A stretch of DNA of 63,953 bases, filler included, from Collodictyon triciliatum (GCA_043381765.1; 11 parts of 11 records of this genome joined end to end with filler, not necessarily neighbours in it), one strand, 5' to 3'. Positions 26,010 to 38,708 are shown, counted from the first letter of the whole stretch. Numbers and translations: made by a program. Notes: generated by a model not told the origin, from the letters alone.

Positions 26010-28556
26010 ATGAGACTCTCCCGAATGGCGGCAATATTCTTTTGCCGACTAATTCATGCGGCCTTGCCCTCGATTTGATTGAGATTCTGAGCAATCAGAT
26101 AGCGCAAAGAGCCTTTCCGGTCCGTAAATTATTCAAATTTGGGATATGAAATATATATAATGCATCTTATTCCTTGCAAAATTGTCAGCTTCATCAATTT
26201 TCAATCTTACTTCAATTTAAAGAAGGACAGTTTCACGTTTTGCATGCACATGAATTATAAAAGTAATTAGAAAATTACTTTAGTATATGATTTATTTTGT
26301 TTCTCCGTCCGCAAAAGGAGTTCTGGAGTATGGAAATATACTAGGAGAATGGTGAAAAAAAATTTCGAAGAATTGCTTGCTTTTATATCAATCCCATTTC
26401 ACAAAGATACGTAATAGGGACAATCTCCCAGCATACTCTTCACTCTTCTGCTGTATATCAAAATAATTCAAGACAACATTATTGTTTCATATTTGCAATA
26501 AATTAATTTAATCTACCTGTTACCGCAAATGAAAACATAGGCTTGCGCCCGTCAAAAGAGATAGGATATACCTACCCGGACCTCCATTTTACTACAAAGA
26601 ACTCATCAAACTAGGAATACTAGAGTGTGTTCCGGAAATCACCTCAAAGTTTGCCTCGAAAATGAAGGTGACCCGAAACTATCAAATATCGGCTTTACAA
26701 GTCAAAGATTCCTTTCGATGACATGTTGGGTCTTATGATATGAAACTTCATTTTACATTCCTAACATGTTTAGGAGCCTTGTATTGTGATAACCGGCCAT
26801 CCCAGTCTTCGCTTCGGGGAAGTGATTCATTTTATAAACATGTGGAAAAATAAGCGGGAAAATACACTTATAATCACAGGTTAAATATCTTTATAAAAAT
26901 TTTAAACGTCATGATTTTGTATTATATAAAAGCTATACACAAAAGGATTATAAAAGAATTACCTGTGATTTCTCTAACAAATTAAAAAGTACAGAATTAT
27001 GATGTCATTTTAAAAAAATTAATTTTATTAGATTCTGATTATGATTTCCACACTGCTGTATCCGCCCACCAACCTATGAGCATGAAGGCTGTATATTGCC
27101 CCATCGACACCCGAGTCAACTTTGTTGAAATGACATCCCTCATCCAAAAAATTGATACAAGTGATATATTTGTTCCAAATTCATATCTGGACGAATCCAT
27201 GGGGTCAGTTTGTGTATCTTTTAACGAAGAAAATGGTGATACAATCACAAATATGAATTGATATGAGAAATTATCATAGCTATACGCGTATTCACAGCTG
27301 GGTTATCTTTTCGTTGTTGTTGTTGTTGTTGTTGTTTGGTTTTTTTTCTGTCCCTAGGCCACAACGCTCCTTCGCCCCGCATCCAAAGTTGAAAGGATTT
27401 TCCTCGAACTTGGGACTTTCTATTCCCCTGAAGAGAAAGTATGAAAAAGCATTTGTAGCTCCAAAGGTTTGCTGAATGTCGTCCCCGTGTATATGCACTT
27501 GATTCTGAAGTGTTTTTTTTTTTATTATTTGATGATTTGATGCGAAATAAAAAAAAGGCTACAATTATTTTCGACCATTTAAATTATTTTGGTTTTGGTT
27601 TTGGTTTTGGTTTTGGTTTTGGTTTTGGTTTTGGTTTTGGTTTTGGTTTTGGTTTTCGCTTTTGTTTTCATTTGGCATTTCGCTTTTGATCGAAAATCAA
27701 TCTTCTGTTTGTATTTTGATAATTTTGCTCCATTTCTCTCTCTGCAGTTGGCTCAGTCCATCGACTTGGAATCTGTCTCAGAGACAGAGTGTCTTGGGGC
27801 AGTCAAAGGATTACTTAAGATTAAACACAGCCAGTTTTACATCGAACCAAATCAGCCTGGCATCCAGCATCCTGTCACTGTAATTGATGTGATAATAATA
27901 ACACTACTATACCCCTATCATGATATATATATATTACTCTCCTGTGGATGCTTTCGGTTCACTTAATATTTGGAAGGTTGAAAAAAAAATTAAGGAATGA
28001 AAATATTGTTGACCAATCAGAAATCAGATGGACATTATTTATATGGGAAATTATCCGTTTTTTCAATTTCAGATTACCTCAGTCAAGTGAGTTCTATCAT
28101 ATTATTAAGATTCTTTTCAACAGCCTTTAAATGCTTTATTGCAACATGTACCCCTTTTTTTTAAAAAAAAAAATCACTTTTATTAAGATGACATGTTTGC
28201 TTGATTGTTTTTCAAAAGAGAAAAATTAAACTCAATTGCTGCAACAATCGATTTATTGTTGTTGCCGCCTTAAACAACTTGGGGTTGATTCATATCGTTT
28301 TCCTCTTTTTGTTAATTAGAAGACAGGCCTCCATTACCAAGTGGAAAACCGAAAAGGCGAGTTCGAAGCGACCATTAAAATTCGAGACTGGCGCGCAGAA
28401 ATACGCATCCACCCAACGAATCCGATTCAGATTGAATGTGATGGTTCGCTTGCAAATCTTGTCGAATGCCAAAGGTTGGTGCGCTCCCTTTTGTCGCCGT
28501 CTCTTGGCCAGCATGCAAAAGCACATAGAAGCGAGCTACAGAGTGCACCTGAATAA
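26010..28556 (+). CDS. INTS9: Integrator complex subunit 9 (beta-CASP family), 3' part, multi-exon
   Basis: Exons: NGGNILLPTNSCGLALDLIEIL, YFVSPSAKGVLEYGNILGEW, RIYLPGPPF, PCIVITGHPSLRFGEVIHFINMW, HQPMSMKAVYCPIDTRVNF, IPLKRKYEK. Last exon ends at 28556. Confidence 0.9.
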
Positions 28557-29064
28557 ATGAATTGTAAGGGAAAGCGGAAGAGAAAGAAAGAATCGATGAG
28601 AGAAAGAAGAAGAAAAAAAAAAGAGAGAGAGAGAGAGCCGAAAACAAATACAAAGTCATGCATTTTGGCTGTTTGAATTATTCTGAAGAAAAAATTGAAG
28701 AGATTAAAAGATACTTGCCATACAGAGGATTGGATAATTGTGATTATGACAACGATGCAGATAAACATGAAAGAAATAAAAGTGTTGAAATCGTACAAAT
28801 CTCTTTCATTAGAAATCACAGGGTATTTAACAGCGCAAATAAATCTAGAAAAAGAAAAGTAATAATAAACAGGTACACAAAGGAGGTACTCAGATAGAAT
28901 GGGGCGGAATAAATCCACTTGATTTATTTTAAATTATATAGACAACCGTATGACAACGCTGAACGAGACGGGAAGAAAAAGAAGAGTCAGGAAACATACA
29001 TATTTCACATGCTTTTCTGTTACATTTCCGTTGCATTCCTGTTGCTACAGCTACTAAAGTAACT

Positions 29065-29083
29065 GATGATAATGATGATGATA

Positions 29084-29123
<40 letters not shown>

Positions 29124-29172
29124 CGATGATGATGATAATCATAATAATAATAATGGTGATGAAGATGATGAT
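29065..29172. repeat. (GAT)n/(AAT)n microsatellite
   Basis: Directly visible. Confidence 0.9.
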
Positions 29173-29179
29173 GGTTTTC

Positions 29180-31117
29180 TCATCCTTTCTTGCGCCTCCT
29201 CTCACTGGAGACACGCCTCCAGTCCTTTTTGCTCTTTGCCTGCCTCCCATTGACCGCTTCAACCGCACCCACAGCTCCTGAATGCGGCTCTGGCCTGCAC
29301 GAGGCAACTGTAAACTCGGACCACATGAGCGACGCATTGTTCTTTGCAGGAGAGTCTGGCGGACTGACAAGGAGACCCTTCCGCAGCCTCTTCAAGGCAG
29401 CCTCCTCCCGGCCCTCCCAGGCAGAGCTGTCCAAGCCGCCGGACACTCTCAGATCCGAGGACGGGATATCGGCCAGATCCACGGGCTCCAGGACAGCCTG
29501 ATACATCTGCCGGATGCGACGGAGATGGAAGACGTCGGGCAGAATCTTGTCGAGGGGATACGACAGGGCCTTGGCAGCAACCATCATGTGCAGACAGGCA
29601 GCGACCCGCGGCGAAGAGGCGTCCTGCAAGCCGCCGGCAAACGGCGCGGCCTCTGTGCCCGAAGCGCATGTGCCGCTGCAGCTGCATCGCAACCTGCCGA
29701 GATGGACCGAGAAGCGGGCGGGGCCGACAAGGACGTAGGCAGCCTCGGACGAGACCGGCGCCACCTCGAGCGACCTGCCCGGGAAGAGATCCGCACCCAG
29801 CACGCGGAGAATCTCGTCTGCAACGGCCTGCCCGGGCGCGTAGACGCGGACGCTGCGGCGGTGATGCTCCGTCTGGACGTGGCGAAGCAGCTCAAAGACC
29901 ATGTCGAACCACCCGAGCGCGGCAACGCGGCCCAGGAGACGCGGGACACTCTCGTCGGCGGGCAGCAGAGCATGGAGCAGGACGGCGCGCTTTGCCGGCA
30001 CAAAGGCGGCAGCCCAGAGCCTCGGGTCGAGCTCGCACGCGGCGTCCCACGTGTCGGGCCACTTGAGGCGGAGCTCCTCTGCGAGCGCGGCATACTCGGG
30101 GGCGGACGCGGCGAGGGCTGCGCGGTGCAGGAGCGCAGAGGCCTCCGGCGTCGTGTGCCGGGAGAGAAGCGCGAGAACCGCGTCCCACGCGTAGACATGC
30201 GCGCACTCGGGCAGGACGCGGGCGGCGGCGGCAACCAGCGCTTTGGGGCGGGCAGAGACGAGCGCGACATCCGCCCAGGCGTGGAAGCCCTGCGCCCCGG
30301 CCTCTGCCCGCAGCGTCCTGAGGAACCACGCCCACGTCTCGGCCGTTGCTGCGCCGCAGACCGCCGCAAAGCACACGACCGCCGCGCGCCCTTCGCCGTC
30401 GGCCCCGGCCGCAAGCAGCAGCGTCCCGCCCTTCGCCGTCTGCGCCGCCGCCTCCCACAGCCGCACGAGCGGCAGCCCCAGCCGCAGATACGCCCCGCCC
30501 GTCGCCGGCTGCACAAACGCCCGCCCAAACGCCTCGCCGCCCGCCACAGCCGCAGCCGCAGTCGCAGTCGCGTCCACAAACGCCGCAGACCCGGGCATCG
30601 CCGCGCATATCCGCTCGCACAGCCCCGGCAGCAGCCGCACATCGCCGCCCCCGCCCGCCATGGCCCCCGGCCGCTCCGCCAGCAGCTCCTGCACCCCGCG
30701 TCCGACGCCGCTGCCCACGTGGATGCCGAAGCGCCGCCCGAAAAAGTCGCGGATTTGGCGCACCGTCATCCCCGTCGTGGCCGCAAACGCGCTCTCGGCC
30801 TGCAGCGACTTGGCCAGCCAGTGCTTGTCTGCCGGGCACAGCCGCCTGTGCAGCTCCGGGTCGCACGTGTGCTGCTTGCAGACCGCCGTCAGGACAAGTC
30901 CCTGCTGCGTCCCTGCTCGTCGCCCAGTGATGCGGAAGCTGCAGTCGAGCGAGTGGCACCCCACTGAGTACAGGTTCGCTTGCGAGTAGTGCACCCGCGG
31001 GGTTCGGTTCGTGAGCACGCAGTGTGTTGTGATCGCTTCCTTCAGCTCCTCCACGCTGCTGAACTCGGCCCCAACTTCGATCACCGGCTCGTAGTTCGTC
31101 TGTGTTGTCTCCCCCAT
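29180..31117 (-). CDS. MuDR/MULE transposase-derived protein with SWIM zinc finger, catalytic residues altered
   Basis: Intact intronless 645-aa ORF: IEVGAEFSSVEELKEAI..C..C.FRI..HTC (MuDR DNA-binding domain), GGTLLLAAGADGEG..FA..ETWAWFL (MULE domain), CSC..CLH (SWIM). Confidence 0.85.
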   Translation of the reverse strand: MGETTQTNYEPVIEVGAEFSSVEELKEAITTHCVLTNRTPRVHYSQANLYSVGCHSLDCSFRITGRRAGTQQGLVLTAVCKQHTCDPELHRRLCPADKHWLAKSLQAESAFAATTGMTVRQIRDFFGRRFGIHVGSGVGRGVQELLAERPGAMAGGGGDVRLLPGLCERICAAMPGSAAFVDATATAAAAVAGGEAFGRAFVQPATGGAYLRLGLPLVRLWEAAAQTAKGGTLLLAAGADGEGRAAVVCFAAVCGAATAETWAWFLRTLRAEAGAQGFHAWADVALVSARPKALVAAAARVLPECAHVYAWDAVLALLSRHTTPEASALLHRAALAASAPEYAALAEELRLKWPDTWDAACELDPRLWAAAFVPAKRAVLLHALLPADESVPRLLGRVAALGWFDMVFELLRHVQTEHHRRSVRVYAPGQAVADEILRVLGADLFPGRSLEVAPVSSEAAYVLVGPARFSVHLGRLRCSCSGTCASGTEAAPFAGGLQDASSPRVAACLHMMVAAKALSYPLDKILPDVFHLRRIRQMYQAVLEPVDLADIPSSDLRVSGGLDSSAWEGREEAALKRLRKGLLVSPPDSPAKNNASLMWSEFTVASCRPEPHSGAVGAVEAVNGRQAKSKKDWRRVSSERRRKKG

Positions 31118-32289
31118 GGGCCTGGCGTTCGTTTAAATTAGTGCATTTGTTTTGTTTTATTTTTTTCTGGTTTATCCTTTTCATTTTCTTTCCTTAGTTT
31201 ACTTTGTAGATTTGTTGTTGTTGGAATCGCGTCAAGACTTTGACAGACATCGCGGTGGCGGTCGAGTGAGGCGCTGCAGCTTGGCAGCCAGATTCATCTG
31301 CACATCTGATTCGCTGTGTTTCGGCTGCAGGTACCGTACTCTTTATGTGTCTGTCTGATTGTGGAAGATACGTTTTCCGTCGCTTTTGTACTGTTTGCGA
31401 GGTGGCACTGGGGAAGTCTTGTTAGTGTCCTTGAGCATTATTTTGTCTAGATTGGATGTAACTCCACAGCATCGCAAACCCGGCTAGAGGTTGGCGAGAC
31501 TTACACATGTCCATCACCCTCTTTGCCCGAAGGCTCTGAGTCGTGGACACGTGCGTGCGGCGCCTCGCTGCTGCAGAGCCCTTTTCACAGTTGGTTTACT
31601 CAGGTTTTGACGCACTGTCCTCATCGACTGTCCTTTCCTTGTGGAATCAGCAATCTCGGCACCACAACAACCCTGAGATGACTTAAGCATGCTTGTCATA
31701 AGAACAACTTTCCATTAATCTGTAATTGTTTTCTTATTGGCTGGAGTTTGCGTGTGTTGCTGATGGGTGCTATATTTCGACTTCCACTTGTGGGTTGGCA
31801 CTTGTTTTGCAGTTTGCACAAATGGAACGTTGAAGTTTGTAGCTGCTGGGTAGCATGAGTATCGATACTCTTTGTATTAATTGTAGATACATTATGCATA
31901 ATTTATTTATAAGTGCGATTTTATAAGGCTCAATTAATCGATGGATACAAAATCATTTATATTCCATATCTGAAATAACGGTATTTGAGTGCTTTGCGAA
32001 TGCAGATCGAAGCTCATCGCGCCCATCAAATCATTTCCCAGCGAGGAAAAAAAGAAAAAAAAGAAAAAAAAGAAAAAAAAGAAAAAAAAGAAAAAAAAGA
32101 AAAAAAAGAAAAAAAAGAAAGAAAAAAAGAAAGAAAAAAAGAAAGAAAAAAAGAAAGAAAAAAAGAAAGAAAAANNNNNNNNNNNNNNNNNNNNNNNNNN
32201 NNNNNNNNNNNNNNNNNNTTAATTAATTAANNNNNNNNNNNNNNNNNNNNNNNNNNNNNNNNNNNNNNNNNNNNAATTTTTTTTATTTC

Positions 32290-33225
32290 AACATCCCAAT
32301 ATTTCTTTTTTTTTTTTTTTTTTTTTTTTGTATTGCCTTGACTTTAAGAGGTAACTTAATTCAAAGTTGGAGTGGGGACGGCATGTGAATGCACAACAAA
32401 GAGCAAAACAGGGTTTGAAAGAAAATAAGTTGAAAGGACTTTTGGAGCATTTTTGTCATGTGCTCAAGTAAGGGCACCGAGGATGGGAGGAATAAAACGG
32501 GGCTTCCTTGGTGAAAGTCAGAATCCATTAAGAAAATCGATACCGCACCGCTTCGGATTGAAGCTTTTCGCTGATTTCGGAGCACCACAACATTCGTTCG
32601 ATGAACAGGTGATAATGATGCAGAGTAAATCAATGTTATAAAAAAAAGAATCCAAGAATAATCTATTCGGATGCCTGTGATATGCAAGAGCGCAGATACA
32701 AATAAAGGTTCCCGGTCCACTAAGGGTTTTGCATTTAAGAATATATCTCTTCAACACATGACTACTTGGGAGGCATAGGGCGTATGGCATCATGATTTTG
32801 GAGTACGTTTTGGTTGTTTAGACAGGAAAGGGTCAATGACGGAACTCCTTTGGTTCTGCGCGTTCTTCATATTTCCAGGCCGTCGTTATTCCTTGGATTT
32901 TTTTTTTATAACATGAATTACTCGCATCAATATCACCTGTTCATCGGAACGAATGTTGTGTGCTCCGACAATCAGCGAAAAGCTTCAATCCGAAGCGATG
33001 CGGTATCGAAATTTCTTAATGGATTGCTGACTTTACCAGGAGTAGCCACCGTTTTATTCCTCCCTCTGCAGGGCCCTTACTTGAGCACATGACAAAAATG
33101 CTCCCAAGAAGTCCTTTCAACTTAATTTTTTCAAACGCCTTTTTGGCTCTTTGTTGTGCAGTTCAACATTGCCGTCCCCACCTCCCAACTTTGAATTAAG
33201 TTTAACTCTTAAATCAAGGCAATAC

Positions 33226-33256
<31 letters not shown>

Positions 33257-33270
33257 ATATATGTTGTTGC
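32290..33270. repeat. Long imperfect inverted repeat (arms about 430 bp, spacer about 110 bp)
   Basis: The left arm (about 32290-32720) is the reverse complement of about 32835-33270, including poly(T)/poly(A). Differences are mostly 1-nt indels. Confidence 0.9.
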
Positions 33271-33409
33271 ACATACAAAATCTTTTTTTCCAAAAGAAAA
33301 AAAAATCAATCAAACAAACGACTCATGTTGGGGTTGTGCTTTCCATAGCAAAAGTGTGAAGCAAAGTATTGCGTTATTGATGTCTTGGATTACTTTTTTT
33401 TTTTTTATC

Positions 33410-33610
33410 GCACACATAGCCTGTGATTCTCTTCCCTGACAGGCTCATCCAATCTCTAGTGAGAATTCATCCCTCCGTTCTTTCAAAAGCATGCTGTGGT
33501 TCATGGATGGGTATGAACAAGCTGCCTTCGATATGCCCTTTGTTGTATTTTTCTCTGGCCTCATGTGCCGCTCCATAATGAAGCGTTAACGACCAGCGCG
33601 CACAGCACTG
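33410..33610 (-). pseudogene. Possible rhodanese-domain fragment
   Basis: AREKYNKGHIEGSLFIP resembles the rhodanese Y..GHI.GA..IP motif. An in-frame stop follows at 33467. Confidence 0.35.
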
Positions 33611-35492
33611 TCCTCCACAAAATGATATTAATCCCATCCATAAAACCACCGTGACGAAAATATCGCCTATTCAATGAACATTTTTTCTAAGACTCCATCA
33701 ATCCCCTGTAATTAAGATTCCCCGCCGCATTCTCTGTCTCGTAAATACATAAATACTGTGTGGTGGGGTGTCTTCTTAAAATCATCCAGTTTCCGGTTAC
33801 TATGGAATGATTGATATATGATTTGGAATACGGTGAGGCAATATAAAAAAACAAGTGTGCCTTCAATATCGTCATTCGAGCTCCGTCGGAGCCAAGTATA
33901 TCATATCCCTTGGATTGCTCTGATTTCCTCTGATGCCTGGTGCTGTTGGTGGCAGTTGAGCATACCAAATAAGCTGCTTAATTGTGGAATATAAAATCGA
34001 AAAGTCATATAGCTACCATGCAGCCATATGATACCACGCAGTAGCTATAGTTGCATATATAATTTTGTCTGTTGTTAATTATTGTGCATTTCAATTGATG
34101 TCAACGTTTGTTTAACTAAATCAGATGCTTCTGTTGACATCAAACACAGTTTCCAAATACAGCGAAAATCCAAAAGTAGGCAGTCGACAACACGTGACGC
34201 AGTTCGGTGAAAAAAAAGTGACAGAAGGCGTGATGCATTGAATGTGCGTGCCCTTATGATTCTTTAGTAAATGATGTCGTGGGATGGGTATTTGCACTGT
34301 CTCATTAAAGGTGGTTTGTGAAAGAGCAACGCGTCGGGTGTCCGGCCAGACTTCAAGCTGTTTTCTGTCGCTGGCGGCTGGATTTTTTTCATCTGTAAGA
34401 TGTGCGTTTCGAGACACACGCAAAGCATTGGAGCAAAGTGGACAAGAGCTGGCTAAGACACAAGCGCGAAACAAATCGTGCAAATGGAAAAGGGTGGGCT
34501 TTTTGTTGTGGCGCATTTGATTGCGTGAAACACATATTCCAAAAAGGAAAAAAAGAGGAGGGTACTTCAGCCAATACTTGTGGCCTAAAGACCAACTAGC
34601 CCAAGTCTGGTGATTTTCAAGACCACCCTTTTGTGCGTTCGGCAACCTAGCGAAGCCTGAGCACAGCCACAGCCGAAGGAAAGTTGCGCTGGTGGAACAT
34701 CCTTTGGCTTTTCGAGCTTATTCATGGCCCCATGAAACAGGTACCAGACACACTGGTCTGGGGTACTGTGGTTGCATAGCGGTGGCAGGGAAAGCCACAT
34801 GTACCCGGCTGCAGGCTATATAAACGAAAAAGAACCAGCCCTGAATTCGTATGACTTTTGCACTAAAGCTCCCACCAACCCGATATCAAGCTAAAGACAC
34901 CCAGACGAGGCACAACCCGGCCAGCTCTAAGTAATCATAGCGCTCTTTTGAATAGTCACGCAACTTACTTGCTTGCCCATCTCGCAAGTACAATAAGCTT
35001 GCTCGCTGCCAGAATCAACACCACACGAGACTGCAGCAAACCATGCCCATTGTTGCCCCATCTTTCTCCATCAAGAATTATTTTATTGAGTGACTCGAAA
35101 AAAGAAGCAAATGTGTATAACAAAGTGCTCCACACAGGCACTCGAGCACGGATGTTTCAACACAATCCGATCCACTACAAAACCACCAAACACCAAACAT
35201 TCAAAAAACAAAACAAAAACAAAGAAATAATAGAAGACTAAAGCGCTTCCACAATGTAATAATTTATCATCCTCACTCACCACCTTTTCAATGCTGTTAA
35301 ACCACCCGACCAAAAAACATGCAGCACGCGATGGCAAAAAGGAGCCATGCTAGTTTTCTCTCTCCCTCGCGAAAAATAAATTCAAGACATGTCCAATTAA
35401 AGGAGCACATCGAGAAAACTTCCTAAACAAAGACATTTTCCTCTGTGTTATTCATTCAATCACCCAACCTCCCATCAAAAAGATGATGACAT

Positions 35493-36580
35493 ATGGAATT
35501 ACCTATCAAACGTTCTAAAGGCAAAGCATCCTCAAAACACAAAACACATCGACAGCTGAAAGACATGTCAGGACACAGCAACCTGCCCTCCACACCACCG
35601 CAAACACCAGGCTCCGGCTGGGAATGCACATATCCACTTTTCTCCGAACTGGCTGACCTGTCACCCGCAGCCTTCGCGTCTCCGTCTCCAAGAAAGCATT
35701 TCACAGCCGATTCATCAATTCCTACAGCACACTCATTTCACAGCAGCCCCAGTGCAAACTTTAGTGGGAGCGACTCTGGCGGAGGAACTGCCTCATCGAC
35801 TCAGATAAGCATTAGTAAAGCGCTGACATCGAAGCAATCGAGCATTCCGTCCCAAACGTATAAATCGAGCGCCTCGTCCACATACTCTCTTTTCGCCCTA
35901 ACCCCCCAACAACAAGCGAAGGTGGCCCCGAAAACCAACACTCCGTGCCACCGTATTCACTCGCAAAGGTCGTGCTGCTCCCACAACCTTGTGTTGCAGG
36001 GTCTCTATGCTCGACTGCAAAGGAGCCGGACGCTCCACCCGAGAAGAAAGCCCGGACATACATCACCATGTGGCATTCTTACGAGAACCCCAAAAGCCGC
36101 CGCGCAGCAAACAAATCAAAGTGCTTTGCAGTGCGTGATCAATACGATGCAAAACAATTAATTACAACGCAGTTACATAGGCGAGATCCGCAGAGTATCC
36201 GCCAAAATGAGCAAGGCGAGGTGCTGGCAGCCACGCGCAGAGTCCAGAGTCCAGAGAAACAGCAGCCTTTGGAGCACAACCCGGCAGCCAGAAACGATGC
36301 AAGAAGGTATCTAATGCCGAAAGAGCTTTGCAGGAGTGATCAGGAGGCTGAACCAAAAGCTAAGGCACCACCCGCATTCAAATCTCATGGCCAGAAGGGA
36401 CCCTTCCTTCGATTCTACGCAGAGGTACATTTCACTGTTCAAAGAGAGAACTCGTCTGTCTCGCACGGCGAATTGATGAGAATCATCGCTGGGATGTGGC
36501 ATCAGCTGGATGAATCCCAGAAAGAAATCTATCGTACACACCAAGAAAGCACACATTTAAAGTTTGTGGACATGTCCTAG
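35493..36580 (+). CDS. HMG-box protein with low-complexity N-terminus (frame change near 35815-35945)
   Basis: C-terminal PFLRFYAEVHFTVQRENSSVSHGELMRIIAGMWHQLDESQKEIY is an HMG box. The N-terminal Ser/Pro-rich ORF is in a different frame. Confidence 0.65.
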
Positions 36581-37190
36581 AACACTTGCCATGCCCTGAT
36601 ACCCTTCTTCCCACTTGATAGTGCTATTTCCTCCACTTGTGCTTGCTCTTTCTGTTCTTCACCCAACCCGCTCATTTGACCCCACCCTGACATCTCCAAA
36701 GAGTCTTGTTTTCCTTCGTTACACATTTACAGTACCTCACTCGCGTGATTAAGATATAGCCAGAATAAAAGCAGCCGGCAACACATTGCAAGTGTCCCTT
36801 ATTTACAAACTTCCATATAGCCGCGCGTAGAAGGGATCGCCATGATATAATAATGGAGTTGGTACCAGAGTGCTTCTGCGCACACACAACGCAAAAAGAA
36901 AACTGGGTAGATGAAGGCGCGTGACAGTGAATATGCCAAGTGTGGAAATATCAAATTGGATGCGATATATAAATCTCAATGCATTTATTACGATACCTTT
37001 GTATTATATCTTTGCTCTACCAATTCCAATCGCCATTCTTTGAAACTAGCTCACTTCTGACCTTGCCTCATGCAACTTTCGTTATCTTTACTCCATTCCA
37101 CTTTTTTCCCGTTTATTTATTTATTATTTCATCGCGCTAGGTAAGGTGAACCGTGGCGACGTCCGTCGATGTTAATGCGCCCAGAAGTGG

Positions 37191-38503
37191 TCAGAGACGA
37201 GGTCGAGGGGTTTCATCTTTTTTCAGACCGCCAAGATGAAAGTGATACACATTTTGGATCTCTTTTACTTCAAATCCAACGTTTTCGTACAAATGCCGTG
37301 CACGTGTGTTCTGCAACTGCGTGTATGCATGAATATAGTTGTATCCACAAGATCTAAAGTACGAAATCCCGTGCACAGTGAGCAGGTATCCTAATTTCTG
37401 AGCCCGGCGGTCTTTTGTGACAGAGAGTAGCGGTGCGATGGCTTCTCCGTCAGGCGCCTGCCCCAGCACAAGAAGTCCAAGAATTTTTCCTTGCGGGTTG
37501 TAGCTATGATACATTTGTTGGTGTGTTAATGTGCGGTTGCATATGATTTTTGTTTTCTATTGCAGACATGCTAAAATCACAAAATGTTTTCCTTTCCTTT
37601 CCTTTCCTTTCTTTTCTTTTCCTTTCCTTTCCTTTCCTTTCCTTTTGTTTCAACTCTCTTCATTTTCTGGAGTTGGACATACCCTTGGTCTTTGGTAGTG
37701 ATGACAAGCACCTCGTTGGCAAGACTTCGGTTGACATAGTTTTCCATCATTCGATGGTACATCTTTGCAAAGCCTTTTACAGGGACGTGTTCGTCCCGAT
37801 AGAAACGCGATGTCCCACCTCCCTGAACAGCAATATTATACATCTGCTCCGTGGGTGGCGCATCTTGGGGGTACCGTCTGGTTTATCACGGCATAGTGTA
37901 AGTCAATTCGAGTGTTAGGAACAATAGTAAATTGAAAGATAAAGCTCGATGAAGGAAAGACACACGCACAATATACTTTTCCCTTTTTAAATTGGGTGTG
38001 AGAGAGAAATGAGATTGTACTTTATTTGAAACTCCGGTTGTGATGCATACATGAACTTATAATACTCCGCAAAGTCACATTTTCGCATGTCAAGAATGTA
38101 GTGAACTTTTTCATCGGCCAGAAAACCCTAAAAGAGCAGCATTGCAGCAAAAAACACGGCCATGAAAAGCATATATAAAAAAAAGGCAGCCAGTTTATTT
38201 ATGTGTAGGGAGATAACGCAATCATGTTTAAATATACATTATTCTGGCAAATGTGTTCGTTCGTCTCCTTGTCGGTTGATGATGTTGTACAGTAGACAAG
38301 CTTGATGCCTTGCTTATCCAAATACTCGAGGGTCATCCTCAATACCTCAGAGGAGGGAATCTGAGTTACAATGCGCAGTTGTTAAAGTTCAGAATACATA
38401 TGCGTTATACAGTATTTGAATTGAGATGATTTCTGTGAATCTGTAACCAACAGAGGTAGCGCATCGGAAGCTTTGGATACAGATATATCAAACCCAATAG
38501 CAG
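37191..38503 (-). CDS. GNAT acetyltransferase, WecD/RffC (dTDP-fucosamine acetyltransferase)-like, intron-containing, 5' truncated
   Basis: Exons: AIGFDISV, YLDKQGIKLVYC, GFLADEKVHY, SRFYRDEHVPVKGFAKMYHRMMENYV..ANEVLV, LLSVTKDRRAQKLG..YTQLQNTRARHLYENVGF. Confidence 0.75.
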
Positions 38504-38504
38504 C

Positions 38505-38609
38505 TGAATAAAACAGAATAAAACAGAATAAAACAGAATAAAACAGAATAAAACAGAATAAAACAGAATAAAACAGAATAAAACAGAATAAAACAGAATA
38601 AAACAGAAT
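38505..38609. repeat. (CAGAATAAAA)n minisatellite at the contig end
   Basis: About ten 10-bp units. Confidence 0.9.
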
Positions 38610-38708
38610 NNNNNNNNNNNNNNNNNNNNNNNNNNNNNNNNNNNNNNNNNNNNTTAATTAATTAANNNNNNNNNNNNNNNNNNNNNNNNNNNNNNNNNNN
38701 NNNNNNNN

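Noticed and set aside
27587-27655. (TTTTGG)n as an interstitial telomere
   Set aside because: It lies in an INTS9 intron and matches the many other hexamer microsatellites here. No evidence for telomeric identity.
29259-31184. Several long overlapping ORFs (561, 430 and 352 aa) in other frames
   Set aside because: Shadow ORFs caused by high GC over the MULE-derived gene. No recognisable domains.
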